A stretch of DNA of 64,000 bases from Chlorokybus atmophyticus (Eukaryota > Plantae > Mesostigma and Chlorokybus algae), in assembly GCA_009103225.1 (NCBI GenBank), contig RHPI01002438.1, positions 812,755-876,754 of the forward strand. The letters run 5' to 3'. Position 1 is the stretch's first letter; each line of letters starts with the position of its first letter. A program made the translations under genes and the position numbers. Shown here piece by piece: positions 30,540 through 41,588 of this stretch. Below the pieces are notes generated by a model, which saw only the letters and a program-made list of their open reading frames with translations, ran no database searches and had not been told where the DNA came from.

Positions 30540-32390
30540 ATGCCTCGTAGTCCATCCACAGGTGCACCTCGTCGTGGAGGTCGGCGCCAGCTGTCCACAT
30601 TGCCCCCAGTGTTCAACCAGGCAACCGTCGCCAACCAATCGCAGCATTCCCGCGCTAACACCCAGCACATCACAACAACTCCACCTGACACTGCAATCGC
30701 AAGGGCAAGCTGGACTGCATGCGTTCTTGATGCACTGTGCAAGTTGCTTCTTGCTCAACTCCCAACTTGGATGCTTGCTTCTTTAATGACTAGCACAGTG
30801 ACTCACTGCATGCGTTCTGGATACACTGTGCACGTTGTTCTTCTTTTGCAACTGTGAGGATTGCATCTTCATGGCTGGCAGCATGACTCATGTGGTTGTG
30901 CTTGCAGAGGGTCGATTGGAACCCCCAACCCAAACGCATTTGGCCGTGACGTGGCAACCTCGGCCGTCAGCAACCCTTCCCCAAGCAAGTGGAAGATTGG
31001 CAACGAGGTAAGCACTGTGTGACACTGTGACACTGTGTGTATGTGTGTAACGGATGTTCTTCTGTGAACAGCGTTTGCGAGATGCCGTCGTTGAAATCAT
31101 AAACGGCCATTGGGTAGAGAGCCACGTTTATCCCAAGGAGGACACTATTCGTAAGGTCATGTGTCAGGTGCTGTGAATGCTTCATGACCGCACTGCACCG
31201 TGACACTGACCAACCTGCCCGTGAAAGGTAGTTGGTTTCGACCATGATGACGAGGCCGATGCGGCCAAGTTCTATGAGGTGTACTGGACTCCCAATGAGT
31301 GCCCCTTCCACTGGAGTGTCGCCCTGAAGAAAGCTACGCAGGTCCGGTCTGAGAACGTCACCAAGATCAAGCATGTCCTTGAGAAGGAGTACAAGTGGAC
31401 ACTGTTTAACAGCAACAAGCGCAAGTGAGTTGGGTCCCTCACCACCATGTCTGCTATGCAACACTGCCTTCTTACTCAGCCTCCATACACACGTACTCAT
31501 CTCGCCTATTGTAACCGATTCAATCAGGCACATCGACGCCCTAATGGACCCCGAGACCCAAAAAGCCCAGATGCGCAACGCGCTCCAAAGTAAGTCACAG
31601 GCACTATTCTAGCCTGGTGCAGGCTCAACTTGAACTATCTATTTCGTGACTAATGCCTTGTCGGTATGACTGTCGCAGACAAGTCATGGCGGAGATTTGA
31701 GGTGACCGACACTGCAGACCCGGAGCGGAGGAGATACATCCATGAATGGGGCAATCCCATAATCTGGCAAATGATCGTGCAATGCTGGTCTTACGCCGTC
31801 ACTACACCTGGTCGCCGGCAGCTGACAGTCAACCACCTCGCATACCTGTTGCTTACGGTGAGCACTCTGAACTCCATCATTAGCAATTCAGGAATGCTGT
31901 AGCCCCAAACTACAGGCTTGCAGACGCGTTGCAGTGAATAGTGGCTTTCGATGCCACTAAGACATGCCTGTAAACTACGCAGGTGGAGCGCATCCTAAAG
32001 GGCAAGGATGGAGACCCTCTCCTAGCTGCCAGCATAGACACACATGAAGAGTACCTCAGCGAAATCAACACCATGATCATGTCAATGAAGCGGGAGATGA
32101 GGCAACGGTACGCAGCCCTCCAGCCATTCACCCTTGTGAAACGCCGCACTGCATCTTGTGTCGAATACCTGAAAGATCCCAATCGGCGCCGGCCGCAAGA
32201 GACAGCAGCTCGTGACCCGCTCGCTGAGGCAGAAGCGGCATTTGATTGGCTGGCACAACCGTTTGAGGAGGAAGAGCAAGCTCCGGCGTCTCCTCCACAT
32301 GCCCCAGCGCGTGGTGCTTTGTTCTATGATGACGAGCAAGCGATGATGGAGAGGAGCTGTAGCGCAGTTGGTAGTCCTTTTAGCTGGTAG
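30540..32390 (+). CDS. Orphan intron-containing gene inside the Plavaka element
   Basis: Spliceable exons read RLRDAVVEIINGHWVESHVYPKEDTIRK, FYEVYWTPNECPFHWSVALKKATQVRSENVTKIKHVLEKEYKW, RRYIHEWGNPIIWQMIVQCWSY and an acidic tail ending at 32390. Start is uncertain and no domain was recognised. Confidence 0.6.
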
Positions 32391-32734
32391 TGTACATAGC
32401 TACAAGGCTCTTGTGACTGAGTGTTGTGCATTTTAAACCAGCTTAGTCGATCGTCATCATGCATGTCAATACTTGCATCCCTATGATATACAACAGAACT
32501 GCATTCGAGTCACATAATCGAACTACAAGCCTTGGCAAGTGACTGAGAGACACCGTACATTTTCGGTACATGTACACAGCACAGGCACATAACAATGCTG
32601 GCAGTCAGTGACAGTCGCGTGTAGTCAAGCTATGCAAATACATATGACGACAGTTAGGCATTAGTCACCTTCAATTGTTAAAGAATGCCTTATTTTATCA
32701 ATAATTACTTAGTTGGTGCTTGTGAATTAGGCTT

Positions 32735-33050
32735 AGTCGCCTGCGCTGGACTGGTGTGTAACCTGCAGGTGCCTGTCACATAGGCTGAGTCACCTAAGTA
32801 AGACTGATGTGTAATTTGCAAGTGCTTGCTAATTAGGTGTAGTCACCTGTTAAGGCCTGATGTGTAACTTACAGGTGCCCGTTGATTAATTGTAGTCACC
32901 TAGTAAGGCCTGATGTGTAACTAACATGTGCCTGTAGATTATACAAAGTCACCTGTTAAGGCCTGATAGGTAACTAACAGGCGCCTGTTAATTATGCATA
33001 GTCAACTGTTAAAGACTAAATTGTAACAAAAGAGCCTGATAGTAACGGAA
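32735..33050 (+). repeat. 53-bp tandem repeat array, ~6 diverged units
   Basis: Units start at 32735, 32788, 32841, 32894, 32947 and 33000, an exact 53-bp period. Consensus is about agtcacctgttaaggcctgatgtgtaactaacaggtgcctgt.aatta..t.t. Confidence 0.9.
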
Positions 33051-33778
33051 GTTACTATTAGGTCCCTATATCAAGACTACAGGTGGACTGAGCTACGACA
33101 GTCTAGATTATTGTCCTCAGGTGCACGGCCGTTGCCAATATTTGGTTGGCCGGCAGGGAAAACATATTGCGACGTGGTTCAGCAGCAACGACAGCATGCA
33201 CAGTGATGAGGACATACTGAACAGTGCGTTTTCAGTGGATTTACATCAGTTTCATGCCTTCCTTGTTGTGATGCTGTGTCTGCTTGTTCCGGGAGCTTAC
33301 ATTTTATTCTAAGCATGCGCTGGGCCGAGGCAAGTACTTCATCATTGTGGAGTTAATTAATATAAAACGGTAGGTTGTTGTGTCGAATGGAGGTAATGGT
33401 AGAGCATTGGCATATTGGCAAGCATAAGCACGCCCTGTACATGTGCTGGTTGCATATGGGCACGCTAGCCACAAACGCTGATGTCAATGTAATAAAGTAT
33501 TGCAATGTGTTACACATTAGCTAGCTGAAGCACTTGTAGATGTTGATGAAAACGTTGAATTGGTCAATATTAATACTAGTCATGTGCGAAAGTGTCTAGC
33601 ATTTCAAAGTATGGTGATCATAAAGCAATTGCAAATTGAATTAAGCTATTGGATCGTTGCTGATAGTGACTTCTGTGTGTTGACCTCCTGCTTTGATCTA
33701 GTAAACTTGTTGTTTTTGCATTTTCATATCCTATGCAATTGCTGCACAATAGTAATAAGGCCAGCATTGTTGTGAACT

Positions 33779-33986
33779 ATCAAACGTTACATCCCGCATT
33801 GCACTTCAAAGACAATGTTTCGATAGTTTATTGAAAAGTTGATTGCTGCCGATTTGGAAGCTTTCGTATGCACGAAGCACAAAATGTATGGGAAACCTTT
33901 TCGCCGCATGTTACGATATGACATGCGGGAGTACTTGTTTCTTTTGTATCCCCCGCAAATGTTTGCCGACATCCGCAAACATTACA
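33779..33986 (-). pseudogene. Relic RING (C3HC4-like) finger coding segment
   Basis: The frame reads CNVCGCRQTF...CHIVTCGEKVSHTFCASCIRKL...Q*TIETLSLKCNAGC with an internal stop, in an AT-rich tract. Confidence 0.4.
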
Positions 33987-34980
33987 TTACATGCAACCTA
34001 TACTTCATTAATTTATGTATACATATGCGATGCATTATGAAGCATCTTGGTGCATGTTTGTGTGCATAAACCCAAAAACAGCATGTTGGCATGCAATAAA
34101 TGCGTCACACTCCTTATACATGTTCCAGTGTGGCAACCCATGGCAAGCACACACAATTCCCTCTTGCATCTTTTTTACACTACATGTTCACGTAGATGGG
34201 CATGTGCGAATTGCCTCTTGCATTTTTGATATATGCATGCAAGCGCACTCTTGCATTTGTTCCATGACAACCACCGGATCCTCACTCAGCACTTCCATCA
34301 AGTCTCGGCTAGTGTACATCATCTCTAATACCACACCTCATTAACCATGCATGCATGCACCATTGTTACCTGCCCACACGGGCCATGTTGGTCAAGTAAG
34401 TTCTGATTTCCACCACACACATGCGTGCAGATGATAATCGTCGTAACTTACCATGCATGCATGTCTGACGGGGTAGGTGAATAGTTAGGTCTATGTCTAG
34501 CAGCAGGTTCGCATGTAGCCTGGTGGTGTTGTATATGAAAATGTGTTGGTGGTGATGTACTGACTGCATGTGTGAATGCGGTGTGCCTTGCATGCATGAA
34601 ACCCGCCTTGCATCTCTTGTACACCATCTTCAGGAACCAAGCTGCGTGCTGTATAAGTGGAGCGACAACATCCAACTGGAATGAGACTGCTGCATCAGCA
34701 TGTCCTACCAGCTCCACACCATCACCTAATCAACTTAACATGCATTGCTGAAAGCGCATGAGGCAAGAAAATTGGCAGCGTGTTGGCATACCAGCACAGG
34801 ACAGCGTTGCATACAAAAACAGGCTTTCAACTATACAGGTAACTGTCTACAAGCACTTCGTCCCACCAGTGCCTCAGTACTAAGCACTTGCTGCTGCCTG
34901 CCATGCTTGCTCATGCAGCCTGCTCTCCAACGTCTAGTAAAAGGCTGGTAGGTAAGGAATCAAGACGTTCATGTCCCTGA

Positions 34981-36741
34981 TTACCTTGCTGTCCCAAGAG
35001 GAGGTGAAGGGCAATCAGAAATGCGATGGCCTGCTCCACCGCAGTTGTTGCATATTGTTGGGAACCCACACTCTCGTGCCTGATGAGTTGGATTATTAGA
35101 ACAACTCAGAGAACCATGCTGAACTGACCGGCAGAAAGACAGCTTACCATGTGTCCAGGACGTTTGCAGTTGTTGCAAACACCCGCGTTGCCCATGAAAC
35201 CACCACCACCACCACCAGCAAAAGGAGGCATGAACGGTGCCGGAGCGCCAAAGCCACCCATAGAAAATTGTGGATTAAAACCGCCGTTTACTGCAAAGCA
35301 CTCGGCAGCAATGTGGCCAGGCTGCGCGCACATGTTGCACGTGATGGGGCTAGGGCATTCTCTCGCCTTGTGTCCGACACGCTTGCAGTTCAGGCACTGA
35401 ACACCTGATGCGCCACCAACCTCGCGACATTCCGCCATGATGTGCCCAGTGCGGTTGCAGTTGTTGCATACGGGAGGGTTCGCGCAGTCTCTGCAGCCAC
35501 CATATGATACACATCAGACTTGAACAGCAAAACGTGCATAATCGAGCAGCTGCTACATGATGATCTGTACCTGAAGAAGCATATCAAGAACAAAGTACTG
35601 CAGTACCTTGCAAGATGACCAGGCTGGCGACAGTTGTTGCAATTGGCTTCATTCGGACAATCTCTGCATAAGCAACATCAATAAGCAAGCCAGAAACGCA
35701 TGCTCCTCAACACCTAAGATGTTCGCCCGGTTTGCTAGCCAAAGCTGCCAAGTAAGCGTGCTTGCCTACCTGGCATAGTGTCCAGGCTTTCTGCAATTTA
35801 GACACAGGTTGCGGCCAGCCTCAATTTCACCAGGACATTCCCTTGCAATGTGGCCTTTCTTGCTGCAGACGTTGCAGACAGCTTCATTGGTGCACCTGAA
35901 AGTAGCGTGCAGCAACATGTTGGTGAGATTCAAGCATACAATCTCGTGCACATGCCTGGGAGACAGAAAGAGTTGTCATGGTACACACGCGTATGCCAAG
36001 TTACTTACTCGCGTGCCAAATGACCTCTCTGCTTGCAGTTGTTGCACTGAGGCTCATTGTTGCACTCCACCGCCATATGCCTGACAAACATGACCAGGCA
36101 AATCTCAATGACCAAGGCGCAATTGCCACTGTCATGCAACCCTGTGACCACAATCAGCATGGCACTGAGTATCACAATGCAGAATGCAAAACACGCCATG
36201 CATGTGACAGCATATTACCCTTCAAGGCCGCAATTGTTGCAGACTGCACGCTTTGTGCATTCCCTGCAAAAGTAATGTCAGCAACAGAAACTCTGTTTGC
36301 TGGAATGCTTCAACAGAGGTGTGCATGTGCTATGTAACCTTACCTGGCAAAATGGCCGGGTTGCTTGCAGTTCATGCAGAGGCCTTGACCACGTCTGCAA
36401 CAAGATGTAATATCAGTACATCCAACCGCTGCCTGTGTGGACACAGCTTGTGCAGATGTACAACATTGTAAAACTATAGCATAGCAAAGAGGTCTGCCAG
36501 TCAACATGCACAGTAAGCATATGGCCGCCGAATGACAGAGTGAAGCAGCTTGTGCCTGGTTTTCACAAGCACACGCAGGGCAGCCATGGGAGGCAAACTG
36601 GTAAGGCTCTTACACTCCAGATCGGCTGTAAGGTGTCGCCCGACGAAATGACCGGCGATCATGGATTGTGCTGCGTACACCGCCATGCTGGCGAGCAGCA
36701 ATCTCGTCTAAACTCATGCTCAGCTTCTCCTGCGTCTCCAT
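34981..36741 (-). CDS. Multi-CCHC zinc-knuckle nucleic-acid-binding protein (CNBP/GIS2-like)
   Basis: Repeated CX2CX4HX4C knuckles: CNVCSKKGHIAREC, CLNCRKPGHYAR, CLNCKRVGHKAREC, CNMCAQPGHIAAEC and CNNCGGAGHRISDC. N-terminus is METQEKLSMSLDEIAA. Confidence 0.92.
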
Positions 36742-37741
36742 ACCCAGGCCTTTCGAAGGAAGCAAACCTGCAAGCCCATAGAGTGGGTCACCATACTTTA
36801 CAGAGTAGCACCAGACTACTGCGGAGCATTGCAAAGTGACTATCTTGCGCAAGCATCGTCACAATGACAAAAACATGCTGAAGTGGCTCAAGGTATGGAG
36901 AGCAAGTACTCGACTAAACGAGTTCTAGGCCGCACTAGAATGGCAGCAGAGCTGCTGGGTATGTCGCTGCCATCGCAACTGCGGTCGTAACCACCAGCGT
37001 TAGGTCATTACCGAAGTGAAGCAACAAGTCGGTCAATGAGAGCTTCGTCCTGCGGCCGCAGCAAGAGACGAAGCGACACCGCAGGCCATGAAGGAACGCC
37101 CGGGAGTGAGCTTCTAAAAACGCTGCCTCCGGCGGGCAGAGACTGCCGGCCAAGCTGCATGGTGCTAAATGCAACCCCACCACAACTGCTAGCTATAACT
37201 ACAACTAAAACCACGTAGCTAGCCTCCTGACTAGCAGCCACGACAACGGCAACAACACCAGCAACGCCCACCACCACACCCACCTTGCACCTTTCCCTCC
37301 TGCTCCCCTTCGTGCCACGTCGACTCTCGCTCGGACCTCACAAAACGCCACTGCCACCTCAGTCAGCACACAACTCCACCACCACCACCACCACCACCAC
37401 CACCTCCTTCCCCTTCCCCTCTCCCTCCTGCTCCGCCGCCGCCGCCGCCTGAGCCGCCGCTGACACAGCGCGGCCCTGCACGCCAAAACCCTAGCTGAGA
37501 CACTACCGTACCAGCTGGGACGTTTGTCAACGACCGGCACGGATATCAATAGTTTATGCAGCTGAACGCAGATATCGGATTGACGAAAACAGGCGGGCAA
37601 AATAGGAAAAAACAAAATTTGAGAGGAAAAAACAGAGCTGTGTATGCTCGTCGCCTTCGCCGCCGCCGCCGTTGGCGTGGGCGTGGGCGTGGGTGTGGGT
37701 GTGGGCGTCTTGAGGGGCAGGGTGGTTAGGGGGTGAGGGGG

Positions 37742-38839
37742 ATGGAGGCAGCGCTTGCTGGGAACTCCGCTGCTACTGCTGCAGCGGCAGCAGCAGGTCT
37801 GGTGAGCAGGCTAGTGGGCAGGCGGCAGCGGAGCAGTGGCAGCAGGAGAAGGGCAGGGGCTCCTGTGCACAGAACAGGTAGTTGATTTCGTAACTGCCTC
37901 CTGGTTTGTTTGCTGTGCATTTTTTTGCTCAGCTTAGTACGTACACAGCGCAAGTTTGCCCTGGGGAGACGTGCACAATTTGTCAGTAAAAGCAGGAAGC
38001 ATCGAGCTGCAATGTCGTATGCTCAGCACTGCGTAGAGGTTCACGTCGCGTATTTGTTTCTCCCACCCATGAGGTGATCATAGGCAATGTTCAGCAGGCT
38101 CCAGAGCAAATGCTGGTGCGCATCAGCATTTGCTCTGAAGCCTGTAGAACACCAGATGCTGCGAAAAGGGCATACCGTTACTTGTGTTTGCTTGGGGCAC
38201 TGTTGTTTTTTGAACAATGCATGCAGGTATATGACAGTCAGTGGTTGAAGTGAGCCGCAACCAACAACCCCTTCGTATCAAAAATTAACTACCATGGGTG
38301 GACCGTGCCACAACGCTTACATGCAACCAGAGCAGGCATTTCAAAATGGTGTTACTTGTTTTCTTTCTCTCGCTTCACATACCTGTGCACGTGCACGTGT
38401 ACGCGCGCGTAGTGTGCGCGCCCTCTTTCACAAGCACAGAAGTGTGCACTCAAAAAGACATATCGGGCACTCCTATAGGCACGATTGGAGTGCGAGCAAC
38501 TGTGCAAGTGGCCACTGGCGTGGAACGGACGCAATCCGACATTGAGGAGCTTTCAGCAGAATGGGAGAAGCAGAAGCGCTTAGCAGAAGTAGACATCATC
38601 AGTCTACGCATAGAGGTGAGTCTCTGGCTTATACATTTTAGACGCATTGGATATTGATGGTGGCACAACCAGTTGACAGCGACAGCGATGACGTAACACT
38701 GTTTTGTGTACGCATACAGGTGCTGAGGTTGCAAACAGAGCTTGCTTTCCTTGTTGAGGAGAGGCTAGCTGTTGACGCCACTACAAACACCACGACCAGC
38801 AATGTGCGCGCTGCCACAGACATGATGCCATGCCAGTAG
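37742..38839 (+). CDS. Hypothetical protein with coiled-coil C-terminus
   Basis: Exons flanked by GT-AG read MEAALAGNS..., TQSDIEELSAEWEKQKRLAEVDIISLRIE and VLRLQTELAFLVEERLAVD...*. It may be joined to the downstream thioredoxin gene. Confidence 0.45.
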
Positions 38840-39072
38840 TAGTATATGTGGTGTTGTGACTGCGGGTTGGGGTTGCTGATGCATGCTGTGTGCATCGTGC
38901 CTCAGCAGGCCCAAGTTACAGAGCTGCCAGCTCACCAGCAGCTGTTACGCTCCCTGCAGCTTCCAAAGCCACCGTGGCTACAGGCGCTTCCAGGTACACA
39001 GGCTGTCAAGCAATGTTCACGCATGAATCTACTAAGCATGTGACGTTCATTGTTGATGCAAGTTGCATGCAG

Positions 39073-40019
39073 GTTTGGGCAGGAGTCATTCACAATGGCA
39101 ACTGAGGGACTTGCTGCGTGGTCCTCTGCTCCTTGCAGCCGTGTTGGCCGGGGCAGGATACGCCGCTACTATTGCCATGCGAGCCGGGTCCTTGGACAGG
39201 CTGTTGAAGTCACGACAGCCTGTGGAAGCAACAGCCACAGTTGCCGCCCCAGTCAAGAGGTGACTTTGAGTCTTCGCATGTTGGCTGGTGCATCTGGAAT
39301 TCATGCTTACCGGCTGTCATTGCAGAACAGTGAGCGCCCCGGGCACGGTCTTGGACCTGTCGCGTGGAGACTATGACAAGGTCGTGAATCAGAGGTGGGT
39401 TACAAGCCTTGGTAGAACTATACTGCTGCATGTCTGCGAGTAGTAGCTTACCGTCACATGAGTTTTGTTGAGTCGTTATGCAAAGTTCAGGACTGCTGCG
39501 TCGACTCTCAGTCATGATGACAGCACATACGTGATTTTGCAACTTGCAACTTGCAGCTCTGTGTACCAAGATCAGCATGCTTGTCACTGTCGTCCACCAG
39601 CAGTTGCAACGCACACTCACATGCCTCTGTCTGTCTGCAGCCCTGCCACCTTTGTCATGTTCCACACACCGTGGTGCCCTTACTGCCGGCGGATGGAGCC
39701 AGACTGGGACAAGCTGGCCAGACTGCTGCCGGAAGCCGGTCTCGATGTACAGGTATGCCAAAGTGGTTGCTGGCTACCCTAGTATACATGCACTCAGCTG
39801 GCCGAACAAATCCAGCACAGTGACTCATGGTTATGTGTGTCATAGATAGCGAGAGTGGATGCTGAGCTGTTCCCAGACATCGCGGACCGGTATCGGTTAC
39901 CGGGCTACCCGAGCCTGCTCTTGTTTCGGGAGGAAGGAGAGTACGTGGCGAGCCATAGGGGCCCACGTGACGCGCTCAGCTTGCAGGCTTTTGTGGCAAC
40001 CCGGTTACAGGCGCAGTGA
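39073..40019 (+). CDS. Thioredoxin-fold (PDI-like) protein with hydrophobic leader and WCPYC active site
   Basis: Exons read GPLLLAAVLAGAGYAATIAM, FVMFHTPWCPYCRRMEPDWDKLA and IARVDAELFPDIADRYRLPGYPSLLLF...GPRDALSLQAFV, then TGA 40017-40019. The start lies upstream and is unresolved. Confidence 0.85.
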
Positions 40020-41588
40020 GTGAGATTACCGGAGTACATAAGGCCCCACAGCCAAGGTGGATGGCTGACAGCGGGTACTAGCCTTATTCAATCATGTTGT
40101 CAACGAGGCTATGGCGCAAGGAGAATGCAATTGCCTAGAACAGGGCCTCAGCCAGATTGATATAAGTCCAATTGCTACTTCCATTTCTATTTAATACTAT
40201 ATGTATGTAATCGGGTTGTACATTGAGGCAGATGATGCCAACAATGACATCATCTGCCTCCTTGTACTAATTGGGAGTGCAGCTGGGTGTTTCTTGCTAA
40301 TACTGGGCTGCCGTGCACAGCAGCGGGCATGGTAGGTATCAGCAACTACAACAATGCCCTGCTACAAATAGCACTTGTTAACACTTAAGCACAACCAACC
40401 CCACCACCCAACCCTACCGACCAGACCTAACCGCCAGTGACACAGTGGCCCTGCATGCGGCAGTGCTGACGCCGGCACTGGCGCGAGAAGGGTTAGGGTA
40501 GTGAGAGACGCAACAGCAGAAACTGCGTGGCAGAGTGGGTGGAGGGGGGAGAGGGAGAGCAGGCGGAAGGGAGGGGGTCGTCATGCTGTGCTGCTGCTGC
40601 TGCCTTTGCCAACACCAACTGACAGAGCCCGTGTGGGCAGGTAACGCTACTAATACGCATGTATGCATGTCTAACGGGGAGGTCTAGACTAGTGTAGTGA
40701 GGAACAAACAGTGTGTATAGCCCGGTGGTTGTGTTGTAATGTGCTTGCATGTTGCTATGTGGCATGCTGTGAGTGAGGTCATGCATGTCTCCAACTACAG
40801 CATATCCTGTACACAACGCCCCAGTTTGTGCATCACCGCTGGAAGGTTGAATTAGCCAGCATTGCAGGCAACCTACCATGTGTAAACGGTTGTACTAGCT
40901 GCAGGTGTAAACTTGTTGAAATCTATGCGCACCAATCAAGGTACACAGCGCTAGCAACACAGCTGTCCAAGACGCATGTAGGTGGCACCATGCAAACAAC
41001 AGCACTTGTCTTTGCACTATGCAAGATTGCGCAAGATATCTGTTCGACAGCTGCACTGCCCATCTGCACTTCTACACAAACCATGAGCACATTACGGACG
41101 ATGGACGCCACAAGCGAACACATGTGCACCGGTGCAGCAAGCACTCTTTCGGAAACACGCAATAGACTATTCAACTGCACAAGGCGCTGCTATGCACTTC
41201 AACACAAGTATGTCGATGATAATAGGAGGATGTGTTCTTCAACACCAGGCTATCCCTTGTAACCTTATGTCTGTAGCGCCATGCCGACTAGTAGCAGCAC
41301 GCTGCAGACCGTGTAGCAGCCGTGAGGTGGCATGTTGCGGGTCAGCAACTGAACTGCGGATGGCAGCATGGCTACCACACAGCTGCTGTGTGGTAGCCTT
41401 GTACTGAACTAACGGCTCGCAACTACTGGCTCGGTTGCCTTGAAGAAACACATAAACAAAAGATAAGCCTGAACCTGTCGCACCAAGCAGCTTTACGCAG
41501 GGTGAGACTGGGGATGAGGTTGGCGAGGAGCCATCATAATTGACAAACACTGCACATCCTTTGCCCTCCACCGTGCAAGAGTTGCTGA

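Larger units (their letters stand above)
20573..33177. mobile_element. Decayed Plavaka-type DNA transposon with cargo genes (boundaries tentative)
   Basis: Contains a Plavaka transposase, a C5-MTase multidomain gene and two orphan genes. An 11-bp imperfect inverted repeat sits at 20573-20583 and 33167-33177. The 53-bp subterminal motif occurs near both ends. No TSD was found. Confidence 0.6.

Noticed and set aside
30967-31578. 203-aa minus-strand ORF
   Set aside because: Antisense shadow of the spliced plus-strand orphan gene, which has the better codon and splice pattern.
32735-33050. Possible CRISPR array
   Set aside because: The whole unit is homologous between copies with no unique spacers, no cas genes are present, and the context is eukaryotic.
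34260-34717. Short minus-strand exon-like pieces downstream of the zinc-knuckle gene
   Set aside because: No consistent frame or domain could be assembled.
40414-41571. Possible gene downstream of the GT-A gene (ORFs 41239-41571, 40923-41180, 40493-40879)
   Set aside because: Frames conflict and no motif was recognised, so it could be UTR or decayed sequence.
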